Shown here in pieces: positions 39,060 through 48,905 of a stretch of DNA of 64,000 nt. The notes beneath the pieces are model-generated. The model saw nothing but the letters and a program-made list of their open reading frames with translations. It made no database searches and was not told where the DNA came from. How positions within the stretch are numbered: position 1 is the first letter of the stretch; each line of letters begins with the position of its first letter. The stretch is from Planctomycetaceae bacterium (GTDB lineage: Bacteria > Planctomycetota > Planctomycetia > Pirellulales > PALSA-1355), in the NCBI GenBank assembly GCA_003153375.1, contig PLYM01000125.1, forward strand, positions 14,788 through 78,787, in the 5' to 3' direction. The position numbers and the translations under genes were made by a program.

Positions 39060-40076
39060 ATGACGACAGTAATCCTTCTCGGCGTTTTCGCTGTGTTGTT
39101 GGCGTTGCAGTTCTTGCTTTTGACGTCAGCGCTGTGGTGCTTGACGCCCCGGCTTTCAACCGCGGTGCGTTCGTGGGGACGTTGTGGGCTGGCGGCGATC
39201 GCACTCTATGTTTTGGCAATTCCGCCAACCGTCGCCAATCGCCTCGGTGAGCCCAATCCAGGCGCGCCGCTGGTCATTGTTGCTTTGATGTCCATTGGGC
39301 TGGGAATCTTCGCGCTGTCACGACTGCTGCGGATGTCGCCTGGCAAAGCCAGTCTCGCCTGGCTGGCCGCGATGGCCAGTTCGTTGCCAATTCTGGCGAT
39401 TGTCGCGTTAGGAGTGCGCCCGTTCATCTTTGAAGCCTACGCACAGTCAACCAACAGCATGGCGCCGACCGTGTTGGGCCACCATTGGACCGGTACGTGT
39501 CCGGAGTGTGGCGCTCGGACGTACTGCACGGCTGAGACCGACAGGCAAGCAATGGAGGACGAGCCGTTGATGATCTGCGAGCACGAACTGCGAGCCTATA
39601 AGGTTGCGCTGACTTCGCGGCGGGTCACCTCAGGCGACCGGTTCTTTATCAGCAAGCTGCTGAAGCCGGTGCGATGGGATGTGGTTGCCTATCGATATCC
39701 GGCGGAGCCGTAAACGACGTACCTGGGACGGCTGGTGGGTTTACCCGGTGAAACGCTTACGATCGACGAGGGCAGTGTTTGGATCAACGGAGATCGTCTG
39801 ATTCCGCCCGAGGAGTTCTCAGGCTTGTATTACCTGAACAAGCTCGACGAAGTCCCGCAGCTAAATGATCAGATGTGGGGTACATCCAACCGGCCGGCGG
39901 AGTTGGGGGCCGACGAGTATTTCGTACTGGGAGACTTTTCGGCCCGCTCTCGCGATTCACGGTTTTGGAACGAGAGTGTCGGCGGTCGCCCACCCTATGC
40001 GCTGCCGGCGGCGAACATCGTTGGCGTCGTGACGCACATCTACTGGCCGCTCGACCGGCTGCGCGTCTTTCGCTGA
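39060..40076 (+). pseudogene. signal peptidase I (S26) paralog interrupted by an in-frame TAA
   Basis: Two in-frame ORFs (39039..39713 and 39735..40076) are separated by TAA at 39711..39713. Box B is NSMAPTV, followed by RWDVVAYRYPAEP*TTYLGRLVGLPGETLTI (box D, with Gly where the catalytic Lys is expected). Box E is GDFSARSRDSRFW. Confidence 0.7.
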
Positions 40077-40141
40077 GTTTCAGTCCGAGACCAGGTTTTC
40101 GAGGTCAGGGTGCTGACCGACAATCTGAATCCCCAATCGGG

Positions 40142-40942
40142 CTAAATCTCAGCCGGCGCCAGCGCCAGTTGCTCGAGCGATTGCAGGCTCGCGATCAGGT
40201 CGTCGCAGGAGATTTCCTGCCAGCCGGACAGCTTGTGGCGAAGGATGGCCAGCTTATAGGCTTCAAAGGCGTCGTTCACGTCGGCCGGCAGCGGCGGCAG
40301 GCTGGCGAAGGGGCGAACCATTTCGCGCTTGGGTGCCGACTGCTGCACTTCATGGCCGGCGTCGGCCGCGGCGTAATCGCCATCGCTCTCTTCGTCGTCA
40401 TGTCCCCCGTCCCGCTCGCGCGACTCGCCGCCGCGTTCACTTCCCTCGGGCGCGCGGACGACGCCCAGGGTGCCGGAGGTGACTTCCTCGGGCGCGGCGC
40501 CGTCTTCGTCCCAAGGGGCCTGAGCGTCTTGTTCGGCCGCGGCTGCTTGCTCGTCGGCCAGTTGACCGTTGGCTTCCCACCGCTGGTGCCGCATTTGCGA
40601 GATCGACCAATCGCTTTGCACGGCCCCTTCAAGCCACATCTCGGCGTCGTCCCAGTCGAGGGCGGCCTGAAAGTGGCTCCAATACAGCCCGAGGTACCCC
40701 TCGCGCACGGCGCCGAACCGTTCATACACCCGGCGCAGACGGCCGACGTGCTGGGGCGTGACGTTGCCCACGCGGCGGCTCCAGGCGTCGTCGGAAAGCT
40801 CCGAGGCCGGTGTGCCGCTATCGCTGAGCGCCTCGCGCCAGTCGTAAATGATGCGTCCCTTTTCCCAGTTGGTCGTGCTGACCAGTCGTTGCCATTGGCC
40901 CAGGAACTGTTCCGACGTTTGATCGATGAGCGCTGAATCCAT
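40142..40942 (-). CDS. hypothetical protein with acidic central region
   Basis: 266-aa ORF with a clean ATG, a W-rich N-domain and a D/E-rich linker. I recognise no family. Confidence 0.65.
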   Translation of the reverse strand: MDSALIDQTSEQFLGQWQRLVSTTNWEKGRIIYDWREALSDSGTPASELSDDAWSRRVGNVTPQHVGRLRRVYERFGAVREGYLGLYWSHFQAALDWDDAEMWLEGAVQSDWSISQMRHQRWEANGQLADEQAAAAEQDAQAPWDEDGAAPEEVTSGTLGVVRAPEGSERGGESRERDGGHDDEESDGDYAAADAGHEVQQSAPKREMVRPFASLPPLPADVNDAFEAYKLAILRHKLSGWQEISCDDLIASLQSLEQLALAPAEI

Positions 40943-41278
40943 GCGTCGTCAAAATCCTCTTGCGGTTGCCGGACGTGAAGTGCCCCCGGCGAACGAGAAA
41001 TCGCGAAGCGGGACATCCGGCTCGGCAGCCGACGAACCCGTCGCTGCCCGGCTTTCCCACTCTCGCGTTGCCACGCGGGGGCGATTCTAACAGAAGGGTG
41101 CGCGAGAACTAGCCGCGTGTCCAACCGGCGAGCGGAAATGCGCGGTCGCGCCGTGTCATAACCGGCATGCGCGCCAGCTTTTCACGCGCGCCGCGTGACG
41201 TCCGGAAACGCCCCGCGCGATTGGGGAAAACTTGTCGATCACGCCGGCGCTGTTCGAGCGTCGCTGGATCGCGCGTTT

Positions 41279-41497
41279 TCAGGCGGTGGGTGCCGGCGCG
41301 ATCTCCTCGGCCAAAAATCCGCAACGATTGTGCGTGCCGTCACAGAATGGCTTGCGGCTCGATTGGCCACAGCGGCACAGGGCCACGTTGGGCTTATCGG
41401 GATTCGTCGGAAAGGCATTGCCGTGTTGATCGATGATCGTCACGGGCCCCTCGAGCAGAAACGGACCATTGGGACGGACGCGAATGGTAACCGACAT
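41279..41497 (-). CDS. CDGSH iron-sulfur domain protein
   Basis: CRCGQSSRKPFCDGTH is the CDGSH-type 2Fe-2S motif. Confidence 0.8.
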   Translation of the reverse strand: MSVTIRVRPNGPFLLEGPVTIIDQHGNAFPTNPDKPNVALCRCGQSSRKPFCDGTHNRCGFLAEEIAPAPTA

Positions 41498-41601
41498 GCG
41501 ATCATTCCTTGGTTGCTATGCGAATCGCGAAATGGATGAAAGGCCGGCCGACACGCGCCGGCCATGCCTGGCAGAAGTTTACTCCACGCCGCCTTGGGAG
41601 A

Positions 41602-42882
41602 CTACGGGCGCGGCTCGGTCTTGGGTGGCTCGGCGGCGTTACCCGGGGTGAAATCCTTCATCAGCGGCGATTGCAGGCTAAAGATCACGCCCTTGGGTGC
41701 CAGCTGGTCGTTCTGTTTCGCGTCGCGCTGGACCACGGCGCGGTTCGAGTTCGTGAGCCGGGGTCGAGCCTGATTGGAATTGGCCTGATTGCTGACGCGC
41801 GAGTCGTTGCGCAGTTCGATCACAATGTCATCGATTTGTTGCGGCGTCACTTCCAGAAAATAATCGGCCCGTGGTGCCGTGGGCGGGGGGGCTTGGTCCT
41901 TGCTGATCCGTTGATAGAAGTCGGATCGCTGGGAATTCTCTAGCGGCGCTGGTTGCTTTGCGGCCGGCATGACTTGGGCTCGCTGCCAGGCGATGTTGTT
42001 CATATCGAGCAGCTTTTCGAAATTGCGCTGGCGAATGTATTCGCTGGGCACTTCGGCGGCCACCAGCTCTTCGGCTTCGGCCTCCTCGCCTGCCAGGGTT
42101 GCCGTGGGCTCGGGCGAATCATCGGGCGTGACAGTCGACTTGTTAGCAGCCGCCTTCGACGCCGGCACGGCTGGAGCGGCTGCGGGTGTCGGGACCGGCG
42201 AGGCAGCGGCTCGGGGCGTCGCGGCTTCGGCTGGCGCGGCATACCTCGGTTTGATGTCGTGTTGGTTCTTGAGTTGGTAGCGATAGATCTGCCCCTCGCC
42301 CTCGCCCTCGGACGAGGCGAGATCGCGAGATTCTCCGGCTGCGCGCATCTCGGCCGGCGGGGCGCCAAGCTTTTCCGCGCGCTCGAGAAGCTCGCCCGCA
42401 ACTTTGGTATTGGCTTCGGGCGACGCCGGCATGGCAGCGTCTTTGGGCGGCGCTTGGGCCACTTCACGCTCGGCAGGCTGCCGCTGGCTGTCGAACACGA
42501 TCAACAGCAGCGCCGCGGCGATGGCCACGGCAGGCCACATCCAGCGGCGCCATGAATTATGCGACCACCATTCTTGCAGCGGTCCGTCGGGCCCCACTCG
42601 GCCCGCCACGCTCACCTCGTTCGAACCGGCCAACACGGTGCGCTCGGCTCGCCGCAACACCGCCTCGCCCAGGTCATGATCCAGCTTGTGACGCGGCAAC
42701 GATTGCAGGCTGCTCTTCACGGCGCGCAGTTCGTCGTGCAACTGCCGCAGCTCGGGGCTCTCGGCGAGCCATTTTTCGACCTGCGCGCGCTCCTCGAGCG
42801 ACAACTCGCCGTCGACATAGGCGCTGATCAGTTCTTCTCGCGGTTCAGCAGTCATGAGTTCGCGCCGGCCAGCGACCGGCAT
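41602..42882 (-). CDS. anti-sigma factor (single-pass membrane, low-complexity periplasmic part)
   Basis: ELISAYVDGELSLEERAQVEKWL is the typical anti-sigma N-terminus, with a TM segment at WMWPAVAIAAALLLIVF. It lies 9 nt downstream of the ECF sigma gene. The alternative start is 42855. Confidence 0.7.
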   Translation of the reverse strand: MPVAGRRELMTAEPREELISAYVDGELSLEERAQVEKWLAESPELRQLHDELRAVKSSLQSLPRHKLDHDLGEAVLRRAERTVLAGSNEVSVAGRVGPDGPLQEWWSHNSWRRWMWPAVAIAAALLLIVFDSQRQPAEREVAQAPPKDAAMPASPEANTKVAGELLERAEKLGAPPAEMRAAGESRDLASSEGEGEGQIYRYQLKNQHDIKPRYAAPAEAATPRAAASPVPTPAAAPAVPASKAAANKSTVTPDDSPEPTATLAGEEAEAEELVAAEVPSEYIRQRNFEKLLDMNNIAWQRAQVMPAAKQPAPLENSQRSDFYQRISKDQAPPPTAPRADYFLEVTPQQIDDIVIELRNDSRVSNQANSNQARPRLTNSNRAVVQRDAKQNDQLAPKGVIFSLQSPLMKDFTPGNAAEPPKTEPRP

Positions 42883-42890
42883 TCGGTTCG

Positions 42891-43469
42891 TTATCGGGCA
42901 CCCTCTTCAACAACACCCTTGAGCTGATCGCGCAGTTGCAGCCGGGCGCGGTGCAACCGGCTGCGGATCGTTCCGATCGGCAAGTCCAAAACTTGAGCGA
43001 TCTCCTCATAGGCACAACCATCCACTTCGCGCAAGATCAGGATCGCGCGATGCTCCTCGCTCAGCGTCGCCAGGGCCGACTGCACCTGTCCGGCACGTTC
43101 CTGTTGTTCGAGCCTTGCCCCGGGCACGGCACCGCGGTCCACAGGCTCGTGGCCCAGCACGTCGCGCGCCTGCTCGACCGACAGGACGGGCCGCTCGCGG
43201 CGGCGGCGGCTGATGGCAAGATTGAACGCGATGCGGTACAGCCAGGTGTAAAAGCCGCTCGCCCGCTCGAACGTTTCGAGCTTGACGTACGCCTGGACCA
43301 AGGCGTCCTGCACCACGTCGTAAGCCGTGTCGGTCGAGCCCACGACATGCACCAGCGAATTGTACAACCGGTCTTGATAACGGGTGACCAATTGTCCGAA
43401 CGCCGCGGACTCACCGGCTAGTGCCTGTTGAATGAGCTGGGCATCGTCTGTCACAACCGCTCCAACCAT
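42891..43469 (-). CDS. RNA polymerase sigma-70 factor, ECF subfamily
   Basis: Region 2 is DVVQDALVQAYVKLETFERASGFYTWLYRIAFN, and region 4 is REVDGCAYEEIAQVLDLPIGTIRSRLHRAR. Confidence 0.9.
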   Translation of the reverse strand: MVGAVVTDDAQLIQQALAGESAAFGQLVTRYQDRLYNSLVHVVGSTDTAYDVVQDALVQAYVKLETFERASGFYTWLYRIAFNLAISRRRRERPVLSVEQARDVLGHEPVDRGAVPGARLEQQERAGQVQSALATLSEEHRAILILREVDGCAYEEIAQVLDLPIGTIRSRLHRARLQLRDQLKGVVEEGAR

Positions 43470-43621
43470 TGGACGCCGCGAACTGGCCCAAAGTTCCGCA
43501 CCGGATCGCACCAGCGACCAAAACCAGGCCAAACGCTTGTTTTAAGCCCCCGGGGAACGCCGCTCTCCGCCTTTATTCTCGGAGGCTGGCCGAGCACTGT
43601 CAAACCCGCGGTGCCCGCCGG

Positions 43622-44956
43622 CTATCCGGCCGTGACTCGTGGCAGGCTGCCGATGCGGTTTGCCGTCGCGTCGTTCGATTGCAGCAGCCCGGGCCAGACC
43701 AAGGGGCGGGGACGGCGGGCGATGAGGTAAATCCACAGAGCGATGCCGCCCGCCAGGATCAGCAAGCTGACGATTTGCGAGATGCTCATGCCCGAGTTGA
43801 ACACGGCTTCTTCGTCGACGCGGATGATCTCGAGCAGAAACCGCGTGATGGGGTGAATCGTGAGCACTAGCGCCGTCAGGTCGCCGTCGTGCCGCTTGTA
43901 GGGCTCGTAAGCCAGCAGGAACACGCACAGCAGCAGGGCGTCGATGAGGCTGTAGAGCTGCGCCGGATGCACCGGCAGCGATCGCGGCGCGGGCGGGGCC
44001 AGCGTCCAGCTCTCGGTCGGCTTGTCGCCGGCCATTTTGATCGTCAGCGTCTTGCCCGCGCCGAAGATGCGCAGCAGCTCCCAGTGCGCCTCGTCGACCG
44101 TGTGTACGCGCACGCCGTTGATCGAGGCCACTTGCTCGCCGGGCCGCAGTCCGTGCAGCGCGGCCTGCGACTCAGCCTGCACGCTGCCGAGGATGGGGGC
44201 ATCCATCGGGCCGCCCTTGAACATCAGCCCATGCACATACAGCTCGCCCCGTTGCGCCTGATCGGCGTAGGCCGGGCTGCCTTCGGGAAATCGCACGCTC
44301 CAGGGAAGGTCGCTCAGGCCGCCGTAGCAGCATCCATTCAAAAAGCAGCCGAGACGTCCCAAGCCAACGCCCAGCACCACTCCGGGCGCGATCAGATCGG
44401 CAAACGCCAGGCCCGGCAGGCGGTTCTTGTGAATGAACACCAGCAGCGCGGCCCCGCCGGCCAGCAGCGAGCCATAGACGACCAGGCCGCCTTGCGTGAG
44501 GTTGACGATCGTCAGCAATGTTTCGCCGAGCGTGGGCTTGTCGAACTTCGGCCAGTTTTTGACGACATAAAACAGCCGCGCGCCAAAGATGCCCGCCACG
44601 AAAAACCAGGTGGCCAGCGAGAGGATGATTTCCGGGTCGAGCCCGACCTGCCGCGCACGATAGATCGAAATGGCAATGCCGGCCAGCACCGAAAAAAGCA
44701 GCATTACGCCATAGCCGCGGATCGGCAGGCCGTCGAATTCGGGATCGACCAGGTTCGGCAGCAGCCAGACGATGGCGAAGGCCACGACCACGAGCATCGG
44801 GATCTGCCCACGGGTCGCGGGGCCCCAGCCGTAGCGCCGCCACGACCAGGCCAGGATGGCCGCCGACGCCACCAGCCACGCGCCGAGCAGCCAGCCGAAG
44901 CCAAAGACGTCGACCCCGGCGATCGCCCGTGGAATGACAAACAGCGTTTGAAACAT
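43622..44956 (-). CDS. lgt: prolipoprotein diacylglyceryl transferase with inserted PDZ-like domain
   Basis: Lgt motifs are present (IRGYGVMLL, GRLGCFLNGCCYG, HPAQLYS). Between them lies an insert of about 90 aa carrying GLRPGEQVASINGVRV. Confidence 0.85.
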   Translation of the reverse strand: MFQTLFVIPRAIAGVDVFGFGWLLGAWLVASAAILAWSWRRYGWGPATRGQIPMLVVVAFAIVWLLPNLVDPEFDGLPIRGYGVMLLFSVLAGIAISIYRARQVGLDPEIILSLATWFFVAGIFGARLFYVVKNWPKFDKPTLGETLLTIVNLTQGGLVVYGSLLAGGAALLVFIHKNRLPGLAFADLIAPGVVLGVGLGRLGCFLNGCCYGGLSDLPWSVRFPEGSPAYADQAQRGELYVHGLMFKGGPMDAPILGSVQAESQAALHGLRPGEQVASINGVRVHTVDEAHWELLRIFGAGKTLTIKMAGDKPTESWTLAPPAPRSLPVHPAQLYSLIDALLLCVFLLAYEPYKRHDGDLTALVLTIHPITRFLLEIIRVDEEAVFNSGMSISQIVSLLILAGGIALWIYLIARRPRPLVWPGLLQSNDATANRIGSLPRVTAG

Positions 44957-45004
44957 GTTTCTATCCCTGCAGGTCAGCTCGCGGCGCGCGAGCCAGGCGA
45001 ACCA

Positions 45005-45874
45005 TTACACAATCCGTTCGTTGTCGATCAAGCGAGTCTGGCCCACGCGGGCGGCAATCAGCGCCACGGTCGGCCGATCGAGAGTGGCCACGCCTTCCAG
45101 CGTGTCGGGATCGGCCAAGGCGACGTAATCGATTTTGAGATCGGCCGCGGTCAGCCGCTCGCGCATGCGCGCGGTGACCGTGGCGGCGTCGAGCGTGCCG
45201 CCGGCGATGAGGTGCTTGGCCATCAGCAAGCTCTGCGAAATGGCCAGCGCTCGCTGACGCTCCTCGGGCGAGAGGTAGACATTGCGCGAGCTCATGGCCA
45301 GGCCGTCGGGCTCGCGCACCGTCGGGCAGACTTCGATATGGATCGGCAGGTGCAAATCGTCGGTCATGCGGCGGACGACGAGCGTTTGTTGATAGTCCTT
45401 GCGACCGAAGTAGGCCCGGTCGGGCCGCACCAGCAGGAATAGCTTGAGCACGACCGTGGCCACGCCACGAAAATGACCCGGCCGGAATTCCCCCTCGAGC
45501 GGCAACGCCGGGCCCACGACTTCAATGCTCGTGGCATGTCGAGCGCCATAAACGGTGGCCGTGTCGGGCGCGAAAACCAAGACCTCGCCGCGCCCAGCCA
45601 GCAGCGAGAGATCGTGCTGCAAGTCGCGCGGATAAGCGGCAAAATCCTCGTTCGGACCAAACTGCGTGGGATTGACGAAGATCGTGACGACCGTCAGGCC
45701 GCACTCGGCGGTGCTGGCATCGATTAGGCTGAGGTGCCCCTCGTGCAGGGCGCCCATCGTGGGCACCAGGCCGACAACCCGGCCCACTTGTCGCGCAGCG
45801 TGGACGCGACGCTGCAATTCGGCAACGTGGGTGATCACTTGCGGAGTTGACGGGGTGGGGTTCATGCGTGGCAT
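45005..45874 (-). CDS. panC: pantoate--beta-alanine ligase
   Basis: VPTMGALHEGHLSLI, FVNPTQFGPNEDF and FGRKDYQQ. Confidence 0.9.
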   Translation of the reverse strand: MPRMNPTPSTPQVITHVAELQRRVHAARQVGRVVGLVPTMGALHEGHLSLIDASTAECGLTVVTIFVNPTQFGPNEDFAAYPRDLQHDLSLLAGRGEVLVFAPDTATVYGARHATSIEVVGPALPLEGEFRPGHFRGVATVVLKLFLLVRPDRAYFGRKDYQQTLVVRRMTDDLHLPIHIEVCPTVREPDGLAMSSRNVYLSPEERQRALAISQSLLMAKHLIAGGTLDAATVTARMRERLTAADLKIDYVALADPDTLEGVATLDRPTVALIAARVGQTRLIDNERIV

Positions 45875-45954
45875 TGTCTTTCGGCGGCGGCCGAATCGCT
45901 TGTTGGGGACCGCTTCTCGAGCAGTTCGATTTCTCGGGCAGTTCGGTGGACAGG

Positions 45955-46971
45955 CTATTGCATGGCCGCGATGGCCGCAGCGATTTCGTCGAACTGTTGT
46001 TGGGGATCGCTGCCGGCATAAACGACCGGCCCGATGCCGCGTCGCGCTGCCAGGGATGCTTCGGCGACTGGCAACCGCCGTGCCCCCCCTGGCATGGCCA
46101 CGCCACCCGATGCCGGAACAACGGGCCCCAGGGGAACGTCGTCGAGCACGGCCAGCAGCTTGGGCGACATCACGTGCGCCCGGACTGTCTCCCAGGCGTG
46201 TCGAAAGGCCTCCAAATCGCCGGGGGCCAACTCCGTTTGGGCCTGGGCCAGCGCTTGATCAAGGTAAAAGTCGCTCACCGCCAGCACGCCGTCTCGCGGC
46301 CATTTGCGCGCGTCGAGCAAGAGCGAACCGCGGAGGAGGAATTGTATCTGGCGCTCCAGGGGCTGGCTAGGCGGATTCGGCGAGCCTGATAAGGTCGCCA
46401 TGCTGCTGGCAAGGGGAATCGTGCGACCCCCAACGTGGCGTGCCAGCGACTCGGCCAGCGTCGTTTGCCCGGCATTGCCTGGACCTAGCAGGGCCACATA
46501 GGGCACGGCCCCGTTCAAGTGCGCCAGCAGTTGTTGGACGCTCCAGCCGATTATCGGGTGCACCATGTCGGCCGCGACTTCGACGGCCGGTTCGAGCACG
46601 AAGCGGCGAAACGCCATCCGGGGGTGGGGAACGATCAGTTCCGAAGTGGCGATCGCGAGCTCGTCGTACAACAGCAGATCGAGATCCAGCAGCCGTGCGG
46701 CCCAGCGCTGGCCGCGCGTGCGGCCCAGCTCGTTTTCGATGCGACGCAGCAGGCCGTGCAACTCGGTCGGCGAGAGCGTGGTATCGAACGCGGCGGCACC
46801 GTTCAAAAACGTGCCCTGTCCAGCCGCGCCGCCGACAGGAGCGGTTTCGTGCCAGTGACTCGACGCAAGATTCGTGACCTGCGCCTCGCCGCGGAGCCAT
46901 CCAACGGCGCGGGCCAAGGTTTCGCGTCGCTGGCCTAAATTGGCTCCCAGGGCAATCAAGCAACGTGGCAT
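45955..46971 (-). CDS. folK: HPPK (FolK) fused to a deoxynucleoside-kinase-like P-loop domain
   Basis: The N-terminal part is FolK-like (MPRCLIALGANLG ... RWAARLLDLDLLLY ... VPHPRMAFRRFVLEP). The C-terminal P-loop-like part reads YVALLGPGNAGQTTLAESLA, with Gln where the Walker A Lys is expected. Confidence 0.8.
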   Translation of the reverse strand: MPRCLIALGANLGQRRETLARAVGWLRGEAQVTNLASSHWHETAPVGGAAGQGTFLNGAAAFDTTLSPTELHGLLRRIENELGRTRGQRWAARLLDLDLLLYDELAIATSELIVPHPRMAFRRFVLEPAVEVAADMVHPIIGWSVQQLLAHLNGAVPYVALLGPGNAGQTTLAESLARHVGGRTIPLASSMATLSGSPNPPSQPLERQIQFLLRGSLLLDARKWPRDGVLAVSDFYLDQALAQAQTELAPGDLEAFRHAWETVRAHVMSPKLLAVLDDVPLGPVVPASGGVAMPGGARRLPVAEASLAARRGIGPVVYAGSDPQQQFDEIAAAIAAMQ

Positions 46972-47728
46972 GACAGTCACGGCGAAAGAGGGTTGCGGCA
47001 GCGCGCGCCGCCGAGAGACCCCGCTATTTTATCGACCGCCGGCGAGCCAGACAAAGCGGCAGCGCCGTGAAATGCGAACCGCGTGGCGAAAAGCAATCGG
47101 GGGCCGCTGGCAACGATTCGCGAGAAAAAAACCTAGGGGGTGAGTCCGTTGCTACGACCCGCAGGCCGCCGCAGTCGATCCTTCAGTTTACGCCCCCCAA
47201 GATGCAATAGACGAGCGCTGATATTGGCCTGAGCCCGCGACGCGATAACGCCACGGCCGGCGAGGGAGCAATTCGATCGAACGACTTGGCGCGCAACACG
47301 GCTTCCGCTGTCCTAGCTTCGCTTGTCCGCTGCTTTTGCCGCCGACCCCACCGCCAAGGGTCAACCGCAACACCGAGTACAACAACACCGAGAATTCGGC
47401 GTCGATCGATTTACTGCCATTGCCACACACTCAAGACTCGCGCCATTCTCTGTTGAGCTTCGGAAATGTCAAGCAACATTCGCAATTGGAAAGCAAACTT
47501 TTTTTGTGCGTGAAGATCCTCTTGCAATTTTGCCTGAAATTCGTTTCCGATAGCGCGGTGTGCCGCTGAGCCGGCGCAGCGCCATCGTGTGGCGCGCACT
47601 TGAATCGGCGGCAAATTTTCCACTAGGATGACTCGTGGATGTCCACCGCGGCGATGTGCCGCGCTGGTGCTTCGCGGCGCGGCGCGGCGCCGTGCCGGTG
47701 GCCGAGCTTTCACTGCGAGGATTTGAGC

Positions 47729-48835
47729 GTGATTGTCGGCGTGCCGAAGGAAATCAAACGCGATGAATATCGCGTGGCGCTATTGCCCGTGGGCGCCGAG
47801 GAATTGGTGCGCGCCGGGCATCGCGTGCTCGTCGAGGTAGGCGCCGGATTGGGCTCGGGCCTGGCCGATCGGGCTTATCGAGAGAGCGGCGCCGAGCTGA
47901 TTGCTTCGGCCGCTGAAGTGTTTGCCCGCGCCGACATGATTGTCAAGGTCAAGGAGCCGATGAGTTCCGAGTGGCCCCTGCTGCGGCCGGGCCAGATCGT
48001 GTTTACCTATTTTCATTTTGCCGCTGACAGGCAATTGACCGAGGCCGTGTTGCGCTCGGGCGCCACGGCCGTGGCTTACGAAACTTTGCGCGACGATCAG
48101 GGCCGGCTGCCGTTGTTGACGCCGATGAGCGAGGTGGCGGGCCGCATGAGCATTCAAGAGGGCGCCAAGTATCTGGAGCGCCCCCAGATGGGCCGCGGAA
48201 TCTTGTTGGGAGGCGTGCCGGGCGTGGCGCCGGCCCATATTACGATTCTCGGCGGCGGTATCGTGGGCGCCAACGCGGCCAAGGTGGCGGCCGGCTTCGG
48301 CGCTGACATCTGCCTGCTCGACATCAACATGGATCGCCTGCGCTATCTCGATGACATCATGCCGGCCAACGTCGACGTGCTCTACAGCGACCGCCACACG
48401 ATTCGCGAACAGCTCGAACGTGCCGATCTGGTCATCGGAGCGGTGCTGATTCCGGGCGCCAAGGCGCCACGACTGATCGAGCGTGCCGATCTGGCCTTGA
48501 TGAAGCCGGGCAGCGTGATCATCGACGTGGCCATCGATCAGGGAGGCTGCGTCGAAACCAGTCGGCCCACCACGCACAGCGAGCCCACGTATCTCGTTGA
48601 CGACGTGCTGCACTACTGCGTTACCAACATGCCCGGTGCCGTGGGCCGCACCAGCACCTACGCCCTGTGCAACGTCACCCTCCCCTGGGCCCTGGCAATC
48701 GCCGGTCGCGGCATCGAGCGCGCCGCCGCCGAGCTAAAACCCGTCGCCCGCGCGATCAACATCATGGCCGGCGAAGTGACGAACGAGGCCGTGGCGAAGA
48801 CGTTTGGAATGAAGTATGTAGGGGCTGGGGATTAG
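47729..48835 (+). CDS. ald: alanine dehydrogenase
   Basis: The GTG start gives VIVGVPKEIKRDEYRVALLP. The NAD motif is ILGGGIVG, and GAGGA lies upstream. The longer track ORF adds an R/A-rich leader. Confidence 0.9.
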   Translation: MIVGVPKEIKRDEYRVALLPVGAEELVRAGHRVLVEVGAGLGSGLADRAYRESGAELIASAAEVFARADMIVKVKEPMSSEWPLLRPGQIVFTYFHFAADRQLTEAVLRSGATAVAYETLRDDQGRLPLLTPMSEVAGRMSIQEGAKYLERPQMGRGILLGGVPGVAPAHITILGGGIVGANAAKVAAGFGADICLLDINMDRLRYLDDIMPANVDVLYSDRHTIREQLERADLVIGAVLIPGAKAPRLIERADLALMKPGSVIIDVAIDQGGCVETSRPTTHSEPTYLVDDVLHYCVTNMPGAVGRTSTYALCNVTLPWALAIAGRGIERAAAELKPVARAINIMAGEVTNEAVAKTFGMKYVGAGD

Positions 48836-48905
48836 GGATTCGTGACGGCGGAAGACTACGATAAGGCAAATCACATTTTTCTTTCTAAGCCCTTACCCCT
48901 CCCCC

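Noticed and set aside
11963-39713. The possibility that the in-frame TAG (11963..11965) and TAA (39711..39713) reflect stop-codon reassignment or programmed read-through.
   Set aside because: TAA, TAG and TGA all terminate well-supported genes at expected positions in this window (nadA ends in TAA, the ABC ATPase in TAG, rhaB in TGA). The TAG-containing gene also has a frameshift, and the TAA-containing gene has lost its catalytic Lys. Decay or sequencing error is the simpler reading.
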